From Neoconidiobolus thromboides FSU 785 (taxonomy: Eukaryota; Fungi; Entomophthoromycota), in assembly GCA_025603075.1 (NCBI GenBank), contig MU626375.1, positions 1 through 64,000 on the forward strand: a stretch of 64,000 bases of DNA, in the 5' to 3' direction. Every line of letters starts with the position of its first letter. The stretch's first letter is position 1. The notes under the pieces were generated by a model. It was not told the origin of the DNA. It made no database searches and saw only the letters and a program-made list of their open reading frames with translations. The translations under genes and the position numbers were made by a program. Of this stretch, positions 1 to 11,866 are shown piece after piece.

Positions 1-180
1 ACATTCCCATTTACCTTTATAATAATTCCAACATGGCGGAGCATTTTTGTAGCTTGGTAAATAGGAAAGACCGCCATGAGTACATCTATCAGTTGATTTT
101 GGGCAATAAGTAGAAGCAGTATTGGCTAATCCGTAACTAATAATTGAAAAAAATAATAAACTGGATAAATAGCTGATCAT
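1..180 (-). CDS. Small secreted Cys-rich protein, 5' part (runs off the window start)
   Basis: Manual translation from ATG at 180: MISYLSSLLFFSIISYGLANTASTYCPKSTDRCTHGGLSYLPSYKNAPPCWNYYKGKWEC. Hydrophobic signal peptide; Cys/Trp pattern shared with the ORF at 37997-38290. Not in the ORF track. Confidence 0.7.
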   Translation of the reverse strand, partial: MISYLSSLLFFSIISYGLANTASTYCPKSTDRCTHGGLSYLPSYKNAPPCWNYYKGKWEC

Positions 181-860
181 TTTTTAATTATATTATTAAT
201 ATGTTAATAATTGTTTTTATTTTAATATAGTTTGACTTTTAAGTTGTTTTTATATTGATTTCCAATCTATTTATTATTAATAGTTTTAACTGTGATATAT
301 TTTTAGATCATTTATTGCATTAATACTGCAATAAAAATAACAATTATCCGTCATTTAGATTTTAAACTTTATTTGCATATGATACTATAGCCATATTTAA
401 TAGCTTTAATTTTAGTTAGTGAAACAGCAAAATGGGTGCAGAAATTTAAAGATAAAAATATGTTCTATACCTTTTATTTGATTGTTAAATTAAAATATAA
501 TCGTTTTATAGAAATTAATTGTAAATAAATTAATGCTTTAAGGTAGTGATTTATTTTTAAGTACTTAATTAAACTTGATTGAAGATAAAATAGGGTTAGG
601 TGATTATTTGAGTTTATAATATAAATTTATTTAGAATCTATTTTTAATTAGTATTATTTATATTATAAACTTGTGTTTAATATATTTATTTTAAGTAATA
701 GTTAAATTCATATTTATTGATTATTAAAAAAATAATTTAAAAAGACTAAATTGATTAATACCTATTTTAATTATGTAGAGTGTAAATTATATATCGAACA
801 ATCTACCAATATCTTTTATTGAGAATAAAAGTTTAATTATTTGATTTATGAACGATAATA

Positions 861-967
861 ATATGGGGGTGTTTTTTTTAGCTTCATTACTTTTTCTATC
901 CCTCAAGCACTATTTGAGTGCAAAAGTTGTTAGTAAAATTCTTAGACACAAAAATACATCCCCATAT
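861..967 (-). mobile_element. ~105-bp MITE-like element, copy 1
   Basis: atatgggggtgtttttttt...aaatacatccccatat; imperfect TIRs flanked by ATAT. Strand is given relative to a consensus starting ATATGGGGATGTATTTTTG. Confidence 0.9.
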
Positions 968-2494
968 CATTATTCAAAAATATACTTATAGATTAAAAAT
1001 ACGAGGAAGCATGTTACTACTAAATTTAATAGTTATTAAAGTTAGAACTAATAAATTAAAATTCAGTATTAATAGTTATTTATAATAAATAAAAATACTT
1101 ATAAATTATTAACTGAATTATATCAACTGTGCAATTTTATACAACTAGTTTTTACTTGACACTTTAAATGCATCAAAATAAAAATTTATAACTTTATTGT
1201 AATAAAGCCATTATTAATTAATAGAATCTTTTTTATCAAACTTTTTATTTTAAATCTATGCTCTATAAGATTTTAATATACAAATATATTAGTCTTAATT
1301 TTCCAACTTTTTTATTTAAACGTTATTAAATGAAAAAAGTGATAATAGAAATCATAAACAACTATTTTTAAACTAAACTCAACAATCTTCAAAACTCTTT
1401 CAACTTGAAAAGTTAAACTCTATCTCTTTTATTATTGACCTCCATTACCTACTATTTTCAATTTTTTTCTACAAATGATTCCAACTGAACAATCTCGGTT
1501 TCAAAGCTTTGAAAAATAACATCGACAAAAAGAAATGTTTATATGTTAATTACAATGTCAAAGTGTTTGAAAATTAAATGTTAAAATTCATAGATAAAAT
1601 CGAAATAAATTAATGTTGATATATCAATATCATAATAAAGGTAGTATTATTACAATTAATATAATATTGAAACTCGATATAAGTAATCTCAAATAAAAGA
1701 CTAGAATATATAAACTATCAAAATATACAAATGTCGATTATTTTTTTATATTAGGCAATCTGAAACAGAGAAATACATAAGTCAAATATTCAAAATATAA
1801 AATACCAATCAATACTCTTATGAAACAATTAAAAAATACACGATAGAATTAGTCATATTATGCTTATAATTCAAGTTCCGATATAACTTTAATAGTTAAT
1901 TTCAACAGGATGTTCTGCTTTAATGGGGAAGAGTTACTTAACTAACTATAATTTACTACTGAAATAGTAATATTATGCCTACAATTCATTTTGGCATAAC
2001 TGATAATTCTAATGGGATGTTTTACTTTGTAAGTCAATTTAAAAAAGTGACTAAAATTCTCAGTAAAAGTATTCTATTTGGATTTGAATTTCAATTTGTA
2101 GAGTTTGTTATTGATTAAAAATTTAGCAAAAAAAACTCCCGATGAGAATACCTACTTTAATTTTGTATACTTATCTTTTTTAAAATAGTATTGAGTGAAA
2201 AACATTAGTCAGCTTCCAAAACAAAAGAAGTTATGTCAAGTTGACATTTCATTTGAATTTGAAATCTTTTCAATTATCTAAGATTAAGTTAAAATTGCTC
2301 CAAGCTTTGATTTAATATTAAACTTTATAAGCTTTGAACATACATTTAAAACAATATTAAAGAAACATTAGTTTCGTACTTAATATAATTAATGTAATAA
2401 ATATTGCTTTTAATATATTGACAAATTGGAATTCCAACTGAATAATTTAATTTGGTATTAAACAAGTATAATGATTTTTTTTAGTATTAAATAG

Positions 2495-2596
2495 TTATGG
2501 GAATGTTTTTTTGATTTCATTATCTTTTTCATTTTTTAAATGCTGTTTAAGTACAAAGATTGTTAGTAGGATTCTTAAACAAATACATCTCCATAT
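2495..2596 (-). mobile_element. MITE copy 2 (diverged)
   Basis: ttatgggaatgtttttttgatttcattatc...aaatacatctccatat. Confidence 0.85.
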
Positions 2597-2816
2597 AGAA
2601 CATTCAATTTAATATCGTCATGCAATTTAACATCAGAAATGGAAATAAATAAAGTTCAACTTTTAATTGGCTGGAAGGGAATTACTAAAAATGGTAGTAT
2701 GCGTTAAAAAAAGGTTCAAGGATGAAAAGTCAAAATGAGCCTATAAAAGAGAAGTTCAGAACTAGATGATAAAGCAACTCACAAGTTTATTTTTTAATTG
2801 TTTTTTGAAGTTTTCA

Positions 2817-3128
2817 ATGGAAGAAGAAAAGGTAGAAAATGTATTGAGAGGGGAGTTTAATTGTGATGAGTGTGCTCGACGCCATAAAAAATGTGATCGA
2901 AAGTTACCCAGTTGTAGTTATTGTATAAGTAAAAAAAAAGCATGTACTAAAAACAGAAAGTTAGTTAATCGAAAAAAATTATATCAATTAGAAGATAAGT
3001 TATATAAATATAAATTGAATAAAAATCAAAAGAAAGAAAGTATACAACCTGATAAAAGAATTGTTTTTAAATATGAGAATCCAAAAGCCAATTTAAACTT
3101 TATTTTAGATGATAAAAAAGAGGTTTAA
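2817..3128 (+). CDS. Short Zn2Cys6 (GAL4-type) binuclear cluster protein, DNA-binding domain only
   Basis: CDECARRHKKCDRKLPSCSYCISKKKAC fits C-x2-C-x6-C-x6-C-x2-C-x6-C. Likely start is MEEEK at 2817. ORF stops after ~103 aa with no middle homology region; a downstream exon cannot be excluded. Confidence 0.7.
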   Translation: MEEEKVENVLRGEFNCDECARRHKKCDRKLPSCSYCISKKKACTKNRKLVNRKKLYQLEDKLYKYKLNKNQKKESIQPDKRIVFKYENPKANLNFILDDKKEV

Positions 3129-4960
3129 GTAATTTACTTTAATATTCATTAGTTGTCTTTTTTCTATCAATCTTGTAAGTCTATCCTTTACCGAATTTCG
3201 TCTTGCCTTATTTTGTTCATCTTTTACTTACTATCTTCTATTACTCCTCCTATTTTCCTTTTGTTAAATCTTAGTCACTATTCTCAAAATTAATATTATT
3301 TTTTATAAATGATGAATCATCTTATCTATTATTGTTGATGGAATATTGAAGCTTTTTAAATAATATAAATGAGATTAATAATAGTATTTTTTTAAACTTT
3401 GATTGACTTTAATTTGTAGTTATTAAACTTATAAAGAATATATTTAACTGTTAAACTAAGGAGTGATATTAAAGTTATTTTGTTTAATTCAAATAATATT
3501 GAATTGAGAATTATTAAGCTCAAATAGTTGACTGTATTTATTTTTTATATTATATACAAGATAAGTTTGATATAAAAATCCTTCAACCAATCAAAACGTA
3601 GTAAGATTTATTATCCCGATATTCACATTCGCGTCTAAAGATAATAGTTCACTATCAAGCATACATAGAACTATCCAAAATTTAGCTATGTGATTTAAAA
3701 TTCATCCTTAATTATTACTTCCTTTTATCAACTTTATAAAAAAACAATGCTTTATTAGAATTTAAGTTCTAAATTTATAAGAGTTACATTATCTAAACTT
3801 TTAATAGTTGAAATTATAGTATTCTATTATACAATATTGAATTAAATAATAAACTATAGGTCAAGAAGATAAAATATCAAAAACAGTAACTTATTTTTTA
3901 ATTTGCGTTGTTCTTTCTTTAAAATAAGGTTAAAATACTAAAAAGGATACTTATCTAGTTGTAAAAATAGATCGCAATTTACTATTTACTACCTTAAATC
4001 AAATAACTTAATTCTAAAGACTGTTATTTGCCATTCACTAAACTTTCTATTTTTGGCTGTTTAAATGATAGCACCATAAAATAATAAAAAACAAACTAAT
4101 TGTTAAATCAAACTGTATAAAAATAACTATAATCATTAAAATTAAAGCTACTTTTCAAATTAAAAGTAAAATTCCCATTAGCATAGAAGTGACTCTGATG
4201 TAACTAAAGGAGGGAGAAAAATAAATTAATATAAATAAAAAAACTCCAAAATCAAAAGATTATTGAAGTATAAGTATTCAAGGTTACTATAAAACTTTTA
4301 AACTTATTAAACTAAATAGTCATAGCAAAAAAAAAGAAACTGTGGAGATGAGATATTAAAAAAGTTACTGATAAAGTAAATCACAGTTTATTAGCTTTAG
4401 TAGCCTATATTAATAACAAATTGTTGGATTTTATTTTAAAATTTTAAAAAGCGATAATAATATTAGAAATAAGTAATTATAACTACTATAATTAGGAATC
4501 TTTTTTACTAATTATAAAAATCGTTAAAAGTTCTGTAAGCTATGTTTTGATTATCAAACACTTATATTTTACACCTTTTTAATAAAAGTTTGTAATGATT
4601 TTTAAATGAATGTAAATTACCTTATAATTTTTTTATGAATTTAAAAATATTTGTTCAATATAAAACTCAGAAAACAAACACAATAGTTTATTAGTTTTCA
4701 TAATGATATTTAAATATTAGCCAATTTCAATAAAAATCTTATACAATTATTATTAATACTAAAAAACTTAATATAACAATTTTATGCTTTTAAAGTCATG
4801 GAATTATTCAAGAAGCTCTCCAGAGCATACAATTGCAACATTTAAGGTATATATTACATTTAAAAAGTAAAATATAGAGGTGCTTTAGTTTCACTCCTTT
4901 TAAGCAAAAAAAAAAAAAGATAATAGATTTTTTAAAAAAGAATATTTTTTGGATAATATA

Positions 4961-5034
4961 CGCTCATAACTGGGATCGAACCAGTAACCTCCCGATTAAC
5001 AGTCGGACGCGCTAGCCAATTGCGCCATACGAGC
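4961..5034 (-). tRNA. tRNA-Asn (GTT), intronless
   Basis: Reverse complement GCTCGTA-TGGCGCAATTGGCTAGCGCG-TCCGACT GTT AATCGGG-AGGTT-ACTGG TTCGATC CCAGT-TATGAGC-G. Paired acceptor stem, A and B boxes, downstream T-run. Confidence 0.95.
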
Positions 5035-5238
5035 TTCTCATACGACTTTCGTTGCTAAAATTTTTATTTAAAATATTAAATAATTCCATAATTTTCAGTT
5101 TTGATTTATATAAAACAATTTAGATTTAAATATATAAAAGACATTAAATTTTCTACCTATATAATTGTCAATTTTTAAACTTAAATTTAAATAATTTATT
5201 GTTGTAAAATAATAAAGTATCATCAATTGTTCCATTAT

Positions 5239-6729
5239 TTAAGCAGGACTAAGGATACTTGGATAAACTGCAAGTATCTTATTATAAACCTTTTGGTTAT
5301 TGTTTTTAAGAACCTCAGGTTCTTCAGCTAAACAAACGAAGAAAGCAGAGCTAGCAGCCTCGATAATTTCACCAAAAACAATAAACACAGATATAGCCAT
5401 AAAAAAAGCAGCGAACATGGTACCTACTACTACAACGTATTCTCCATCATCAACATTTCTAGTTCCAAAATGTATATAAAGATAAGTAAATCCTATTGAT
5501 ATCAAACCAACTATAAAGGAACCTAAACTTAATACATTTGAGATAAGACTGTCGTTAATTATTGCATCAACCCCTCTTGATTTAATCAATGTCATGGTTG
5601 CTTTGCCACCTTCAATAAAAGAGGTACCATAAATGGCACAATAAGTGTAAGCAAATGAATTGAAAAACTCAATTATGCCTTCAATGCAAGATAAGCAACA
5701 ACCAATACAACAACCAATAAAAGATAAGCATCCATTTGTGTTGCTAGTAAATATATGAACAATAGCTTTAATAAATTTAATGATTGAAATTAACATTGAG
5801 CCAAAACAAATGGAACCAAATGAAGTGGTTACAGCTCTACCAAGTGAGGATAAAGTGGCCCAAGAAGATTGTTGACTAAAATAATCAAATCCAAATGTAC
5901 CTGCAACAGTAAGATGAACAATATCTTTTAATACTTGAAGTGTCCAACATACTGAAAAAAGGGCAAATACAAATATTCCCCACATATAACCAGGTGCTTT
6001 GAAGATGCATTTTACCGCTGCTATACCTTTGCTATCATCACAAGTTGAATTATAATTGATTAAACTAAAAGTGAGAATTATGAAAGAGGCAAAGTAGGCT
6101 AATTGAAATACTAAAAATAATAATCCAATAAGCACTGTAGATGGGTATTTACCAGTAAATTTAGCTACTACTTTTAAAATCTGTTTTGTGAGCTCAATTC
6201 GATTACGCCAAAAAAACCAACATAATAAGTCAATTATCAATACAAAGCCGGCTCCAGCACACACATAATATTGACCAAAATAGGCCGCTGCTCCAATGGT
6301 ACCAATAGATGCTAAACATATAAATATGAAGGATAATTGGATTAATAAACCAGGGAGGAAGCGAATCATTGTGATATATAGTATTGAAGCAAAAACGGCA
6401 GTAATTCCGGAAATACTCATCCCAATCAATATATCCTTATGAATTAAAACGGTCTGCCCCGTTTTAAAAGCAGCTAAATTAGTCAATTTTAAGGTGTAGA
6501 TTAATATTCCAATATAACTCCCTAAATGAATCATAAATAAAACCAAAGCCCATAAATCATTCCAACTTCGAGTGGCATTGAACTTCCGTGCTCTTTCTAA
6601 GTCTTGGTAGTTACTCTTTTCGCTATAGTTTGTTAAACCCACAATTTGACTTATCTCTTCATATTGGGGACCATCTAAACTTGGTTTGCGATCAAAATAC
6701 GCTTTTGGGGGGCTCATCTGTTTGCTCAT
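5239..6729 (-). CDS. PNS1: Choline transporter-like (CTL/SLC44) plasma-membrane protein, Pns1 family
   Basis: 496-aa multi-pass protein with WNDLWALVLF, TTSFGSICFGSMLI, FNSFAYTYCAIYGTSFIEGGK and AIINDSL motifs typical of the family. Confidence 0.85.
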   Translation of the reverse strand: MSKQMSPPKAYFDRKPSLDGPQYEEISQIVGLTNYSEKSNYQDLERARKFNATRSWNDLWALVLFMIHLGSYIGILIYTLKLTNLAAFKTGQTVLIHKDILIGMSISGITAVFASILYITMIRFLPGLLIQLSFIFICLASIGTIGAAAYFGQYYVCAGAGFVLIIDLLCWFFWRNRIELTKQILKVVAKFTGKYPSTVLIGLLFLVFQLAYFASFIILTFSLINYNSTCDDSKGIAAVKCIFKAPGYMWGIFVFALFSVCWTLQVLKDIVHLTVAGTFGFDYFSQQSSWATLSSLGRAVTTSFGSICFGSMLISIIKFIKAIVHIFTSNTNGCLSFIGCCIGCCLSCIEGIIEFFNSFAYTYCAIYGTSFIEGGKATMTLIKSRGVDAIINDSLISNVLSLGSFIVGLISIGFTYLYIHFGTRNVDDGEYVVVVGTMFAAFFMAISVFIVFGEIIEAASSAFFVCLAEEPEVLKNNNQKVYNKILAVYPSILSPA

Positions 6730-7449
6730 TTTAAGAATATCAAATTCTTCTATTTTCTCAAAAAAAAGTTAAATATTTATTAAATTTTATAGTGGAGATG
6801 TTTGAGTTTTATATAGTTTTTAATTTATGTCAATTTATTTTAATGGGTTCCAAGTTTGGTAAATTCATTCGTAGCTGATGAATTTTAATTAATTGGTTCT
6901 GTTGCCTTTTAATCCTTATTCTCTTGTTTAGCTATTTTATTGCATATCTTAATACTATCGAAAATTAAATAATTTTATTATCACTGTAAATTTATTAAAA
7001 TAATGTGAATTATAAATAATTGAACAGTGAGTATTTTTATACAAAAGGATGTAAATGTATACTATTGTATTAATATTAATATTATTAGTATAAAATTAAA
7101 AAGTAGCCGCTTTTTAATAGTTCCTTAATAATAGTATATTAATTTATTTTTAATTATTACAAACTATGATTGTTGTTCTAATAGCATGTCATTAAAACAC
7201 AGATTTTAATTCACATATAAAACAAGTCAACCTACTAATTAGAACTAAACATTGTTATTATATAAAATTTCTACTTAACTCATAAACTATATACAATAAT
7301 TCAAATAGGCTTTATAACTTATCTTTTTAATAACTTATGTAAACTATACTATTATTTATTACATTTAAACAAAATCAAGCAAAGCATAAATAGGGAACAT
7401 AAAAACAGATACAACAAACATTGCCATAAACAAACTAAAATCAAACCCT

Positions 7450-9162
7450 TCATTTGATCTTAGCTTTCAAATACTCTAAAATAATTTGAATTAACCTTAG
7501 ATTAATTTGGGCAACAAGCTTAGTACAGGGCAATTGACCTAAAGCTTTGAGAAAATTTAATCCTTTTTGGGTCATCGCTTGATTCTTTCCTTCTTTGTCT
7601 CCGTGTCTTACCATAAAAACTAAGCAGAAAGCGATAAGAGAAGCGTCAAAATCAAGGGTATACCGACGATTTAATAAAATGGCATATTCTATAACAGAAT
7701 AGCATTCAGAGAGGGCAAGAGATAAATAATTTGGGCCTAATAACGGAATATTATTATTGAGTGAGGTCTGATAAAGTGATTGAAATTTAGGGTGACAAAA
7801 TTGGATTGAAAATAGGAGAAAATGATTAAAATGGAAAAAAAGATGAATACTATGCTGGTAATTTATAATTGCCGTAATTAAGCTTTGGTTCTGTAAAAAA
7901 GACAAAATATCATCGTAAAAGGTAATATAGTTATCCTTGATTAAAGTCAACTGTTGTGATAATTTAAAAGCAAAAACTCCAAGGTGAATAGGGTCCATTT
8001 GTTGATCTAAATAATTGTGTTTAAATAAACGAAATGAGAACAATAGCTCACCTAAATCATAGTAAAACCCTATTAGTTTTAAAAGACAGTATTGTTTTAC
8101 TTGTTGATCAACATGATAAAATTTGTAACCTTGTCTTTTTATCTTTGTTTGATAGCATTTGTATAGTCGTATCAACTCGTAGGGTTTATCTATTTTTGCT
8201 ACAAAAGACCCGAAAGTCAATAACATTACATTATAAACCATATGTAAGATAGTATATGCTGTTGCCCTTTCCTTCCTTAAGCTCCTACTTAGCCATTTAG
8301 GTGCCTGATTTAGCTGCAAAATAAAGCTACTTCTATAGCAATGGGCTAATAGAATTTCCTTGATACTAATAACCCAAGGAAAAAAGCTAAGGCTAGTGAT
8401 AGCAATGAGGACTACTTGAATCATAGTTAAACTTGATTTTATTCGATGTACTTTGGATAATAATGCAAACAACTTGACTTCAAAAAAACTCATCAAAGCT
8501 TTGACTTCGGGTGTCTGTTCCATCCAACTTAATCCACAAACCAAAATAGTTATCTGTAAACTTTGACTTTTTGTTGTAAATTGAAATTCAGTTTCGTCAA
8601 ATAAAGGTAATATCTTATTATTGTATATAAAATAATTATCAAAGGCTTGCTTTAACACATTATTGATATTAGTTGGTATTATTGAAGGTAGTTTCGGTTT
8701 GATTAATTCTTTTTTTGGCTTTAATATAAGTAAATCTAGTTTCTGAGTAAGCGTTAAAAATAGTGATATACCCTGGTTAGGAATAAATGGGGATGGGTTT
8801 TGAATCAAATTGGTCAAGTTTTCCAACACACTTTTTCTTGGGAACTTATGAAAAACACCTAATACTGAATATGAATATCCATAATCTTTGGGTGACTTTG
8901 GAATAGTTATTTCAGTTACTAGCGAAAACTGATGATTGTTATCCACATGATTTATTCTTCTTTTATTCATTGCCAATATATTTCTTTTATTTTCTCCTTT
9001 TACCTTTGTATATATTATAGTCCTATTTAATGTGCACGGCAGTTTTTTTTTAATACAATTATTACAGAGGGGTAGCACTCTATCACATTTTAAATGGCTT
9101 TGTGTGCACTGATCACATCGATGCGCCCTTACTTTTATGCTTAAATTAGCTGAATCTTCCAT
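7450..9162 (-). CDS. Zn2Cys6 fungal transcription factor (family member A)
   Basis: N-terminal CDQCTQSHLKCDRVLPLCNNCIKKKLPC; Fungal_trans-like segment AFDNYFIYNNKILPLF; intronless, 570 aa. Confidence 0.85.
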   Translation of the reverse strand: MEDSANLSIKVRAHRCDQCTQSHLKCDRVLPLCNNCIKKKLPCTLNRTIIYTKVKGENKRNILAMNKRRINHVDNNHQFSLVTEITIPKSPKDYGYSYSVLGVFHKFPRKSVLENLTNLIQNPSPFIPNQGISLFLTLTQKLDLLILKPKKELIKPKLPSIIPTNINNVLKQAFDNYFIYNNKILPLFDETEFQFTTKSQSLQITILVCGLSWMEQTPEVKALMSFFEVKLFALLSKVHRIKSSLTMIQVVLIAITSLSFFPWVISIKEILLAHCYRSSFILQLNQAPKWLSRSLRKERATAYTILHMVYNVMLLTFGSFVAKIDKPYELIRLYKCYQTKIKRQGYKFYHVDQQVKQYCLLKLIGFYYDLGELLFSFRLFKHNYLDQQMDPIHLGVFAFKLSQQLTLIKDNYITFYDDILSFLQNQSLITAIINYQHSIHLFFHFNHFLLFSIQFCHPKFQSLYQTSLNNNIPLLGPNYLSLALSECYSVIEYAILLNRRYTLDFDASLIAFCLVFMVRHGDKEGKNQAMTQKGLNFLKALGQLPCTKLVAQINLRLIQIILEYLKAKIK

Positions 9163-9859
9163 TCAAAATTAACTATATGGTTGATTAGTTATAGCCTCTT
9201 TTCAGTTTTACTCTCTTGCTTAAAAAAAAGAAAAAAAAGTTTATATCACTTTAACCTGTTCCAGACTAGATGTGGTCAATTATTAAATATTGGCGAATGA
9301 TCATAGGCTAAATTTAACTAAATTGACAAAAATGTCACTTTTACTGTATCCAAGCATATAAAACTAAATGCTGGATAAAATTATAAACCAATTGTATTAA
9401 AGAAAACTAATAGAACATTTAATTTTTTATTAATAATACAAAAAAATATAATAAATTGGTTCAGTATAATAAGTAGGATGGTATTAAAAGATTATCTTTT
9501 ATTCTCTTTAAGCATTTTATAATAACCTTTGTTATTGCTATTGATTTGTGCTACTCACTTGAAGACTTTTTAAACTTTGAGTTTTGACTTATGGCCAAAC
9601 TCCATATAAAACTTGAAAAAAGCAACTATAAGTTATAAAATATATTTCATAATATTTGCTTTAAGAGTAAATGTTCTTGATTTATGTACTAAATTTGGTA
9701 CGATGAAATAATAGCTGTTTAATTTATTTACTTATTACATGTTCTGAGTTACGATAAACCGAATTTCACTATAATATTGCTTTTAGCTCCTATTAAAGAT
9801 ACACTCAATTTATCTAATTATTTCATTAACAAAGTATTATAACACAAAACTGCTCTCTT

Positions 9860-11584
9860 CTAACTTATTTCTTTTCTATAAAACCCTGCCACAATTTCAA
9901 TTAACCTTAAATTAATTCTGGCTGATTGCTGTTTACATGGGAGAGTAGCCATAAAATTAATAAACTTAATGCCTTCCTTTAGCTTCTCTTGATTTAATGG
10001 ATTGAGATATCCAAATCTCAGGATAAGCATCATGCTTAGCGTGATATTAGGACAATCTAAAGTCAATGAGAATTTATGACACAAATAGTTAGCATGTTGG
10101 ATCATGAGATAACAATGTGATAATAGCTGGTGAATAACAGTAACTTGATTGGACTTTAGTTTTACTTTAGAGTTGGTGTTCCAATCTCGATACTCTGGAC
10201 TGTAACACTGAAATAGGTAAACAAGATTCGCAGTGGAATGAAAGAAGAAATAAACGCAATTACAAGCTTGTTCAATTAATTCTATCAACTCTGAGTTAAC
10301 AACATATTTCAATACATGCTTAAAATGTTTGATATATTTTTCCCGAATTTTGATTAACCTTGTTATCAACTTCAGTGCTATCCTATCTATTTGTGATTGG
10401 TCTATATCCTGTCGAATGTTTGTTTCTTTATAAATCCGTAAATAACAATTAAATTCAGAAAGTTCGATATAAAATGAAGTAATATTAACTATATGATATG
10501 TTTTAACTTGCTCGATTTGGTTATAAAATTTAAATGGGTCTAGCTTAATTTTATTCTCAAATTGCTCTAACTTTCTATTAAGTTGCTTTGGCTTATTTGG
10601 AAATGTAAAATAAGAACCAAATATAACTAAAGACATTGAATAGTAAGCATTTAATAAACAATAAGTATGTGCACGGTTGTATTTAAGCTTTGTATTAAAA
10701 TAAGATGGTGATTGATCTAAAGAGAGTATTGAAGAAATTCTATAACAATGAAAAATAAAAAAATGAACGTAAGGGCCAACCCATTTAAAATTTGTTAATC
10801 CAGTAAGAGTTAAAAGTAAAATTTGCACATTTTCTAAGCTTGCTTTGATATTTGATATTTTGCTTAAATATTTAAATAATTTACCTTCATAACATGATAT
10901 TAATTTATTTACAAGTGGTGTCCTCTTCATCCACAGTAATCCGCAAGAGATGATCGTTAGCTTTAAATAAAAGGATAGCGGCTTAAAGTTAAATCCGGCT
11001 TTAATGAATAATGGGAAATATTCGTTGTTATATCTAAAGTAGTTCTCTATTGCTTGTTTGAAAATGACTCTAATTTCATTAAGTTGGTATCTTTCTTTAT
11101 GTAGTTCATTTTCAATATTATTTTGCTGTATAGTGCCTCCACTCAATTTCCGTATAATAGTAACTAATAGGGAGTTACTTTTGATATGAGAAAACGGGGA
11201 AGGGCATTGTACTAAAGTCATTAAGTTTTCGAATCGAACTTTATCTTTGAAACTAATATAATATTTGAATATCAATGAGTTACTTTTAAACTTAGGGGTT
11301 AAAACTTTTGATGGGCTAGGTAAATAATAAGGTTCAAGTTTTAACTGTAACTTATGGCTCATCTTTTCATTTGGATTGAAATCAAAATCAACCTGGTTGC
11401 TTGGTGTCAACTTGAACTTGTTCATATTTTGATTATCGTTATTTCGTTTTTTGACGTTAATTATTTTCCTATTCAGTGTGCACTCTCTGTTTCTTTTTAC
11501 GCATTCTAAGCACCTTGGCAACACCTTGTTGCATTTTTTATGGTTTTTAGTACATTGATCACAGCTATAAACTCTAATTTCCAT
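9860..11584 (-). CDS. Zn2Cys6 fungal transcription factor (family member B)
   Basis: CDQCTKNHKKCNKVLPRCLECVKRNREC; AIENYFRYNNEYFPLF; tandem paralog of 7450-9162. Confidence 0.85.
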   Translation of the reverse strand: MEIRVYSCDQCTKNHKKCNKVLPRCLECVKRNRECTLNRKIINVKKRNNDNQNMNKFKLTPSNQVDFDFNPNEKMSHKLQLKLEPYYLPSPSKVLTPKFKSNSLIFKYYISFKDKVRFENLMTLVQCPSPFSHIKSNSLLVTIIRKLSGGTIQQNNIENELHKERYQLNEIRVIFKQAIENYFRYNNEYFPLFIKAGFNFKPLSFYLKLTIISCGLLWMKRTPLVNKLISCYEGKLFKYLSKISNIKASLENVQILLLTLTGLTNFKWVGPYVHFFIFHCYRISSILSLDQSPSYFNTKLKYNRAHTYCLLNAYYSMSLVIFGSYFTFPNKPKQLNRKLEQFENKIKLDPFKFYNQIEQVKTYHIVNITSFYIELSEFNCYLRIYKETNIRQDIDQSQIDRIALKLITRLIKIREKYIKHFKHVLKYVVNSELIELIEQACNCVYFFFHSTANLVYLFQCYSPEYRDWNTNSKVKLKSNQVTVIHQLLSHCYLMIQHANYLCHKFSLTLDCPNITLSMMLILRFGYLNPLNQEKLKEGIKFINFMATLPCKQQSARINLRLIEIVAGFYRKEIS

Positions 11585-11753
11585 TCTGATAAATTAAAAA
11601 AATCTCACCTTGAAATTTATCAATTCACTAAATTCCTCATAATCAGTTTAATAGCCTTTTATTAGCATTCTTGATACTGTTTCGATTAAAAAAGGAAAAA
11701 GTAAGCTTCTACTTCTCTATAAATTCGCTTAAATAGCTTTTTTAAAATAACGC

Positions 11754-11866
11754 ATAGGGGTGTTTTTTTGGCTTCATCACTTTTTCCATCTTTTAAGCAC
11801 TATTTGAGCGGAAAAATTGTTAGTAAAATTGTTAGTAAAACTGTTAAACATAAAAATACACCCTCA
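11754..11866 (-). mobile_element. MITE copy 3 (with small internal duplication)
   Basis: ataggggtgtttttttggcttcatcac...tagtaaaattgttagtaaaa...aaatacaccctc. Confidence 0.88.

Noticed and set aside
8034-8252. Short antisense or overlapping ORFs (also 13654, 14303, 30795, 33953, 36781, 37039, 37055, 49784, 54396, 55296, 55315, 55481, 56215, 56936)
   Set aside because: They are shadows of well-supported genes on the opposite strand or frame
9175-9250. Possible very eroded MITE (atatgg...ttttact...gcttaaaa...gaaaaaaaagt) just upstream of TF gene A
   Set aside because: Similarity is limited to short AT-rich words and cannot be distinguished from chance
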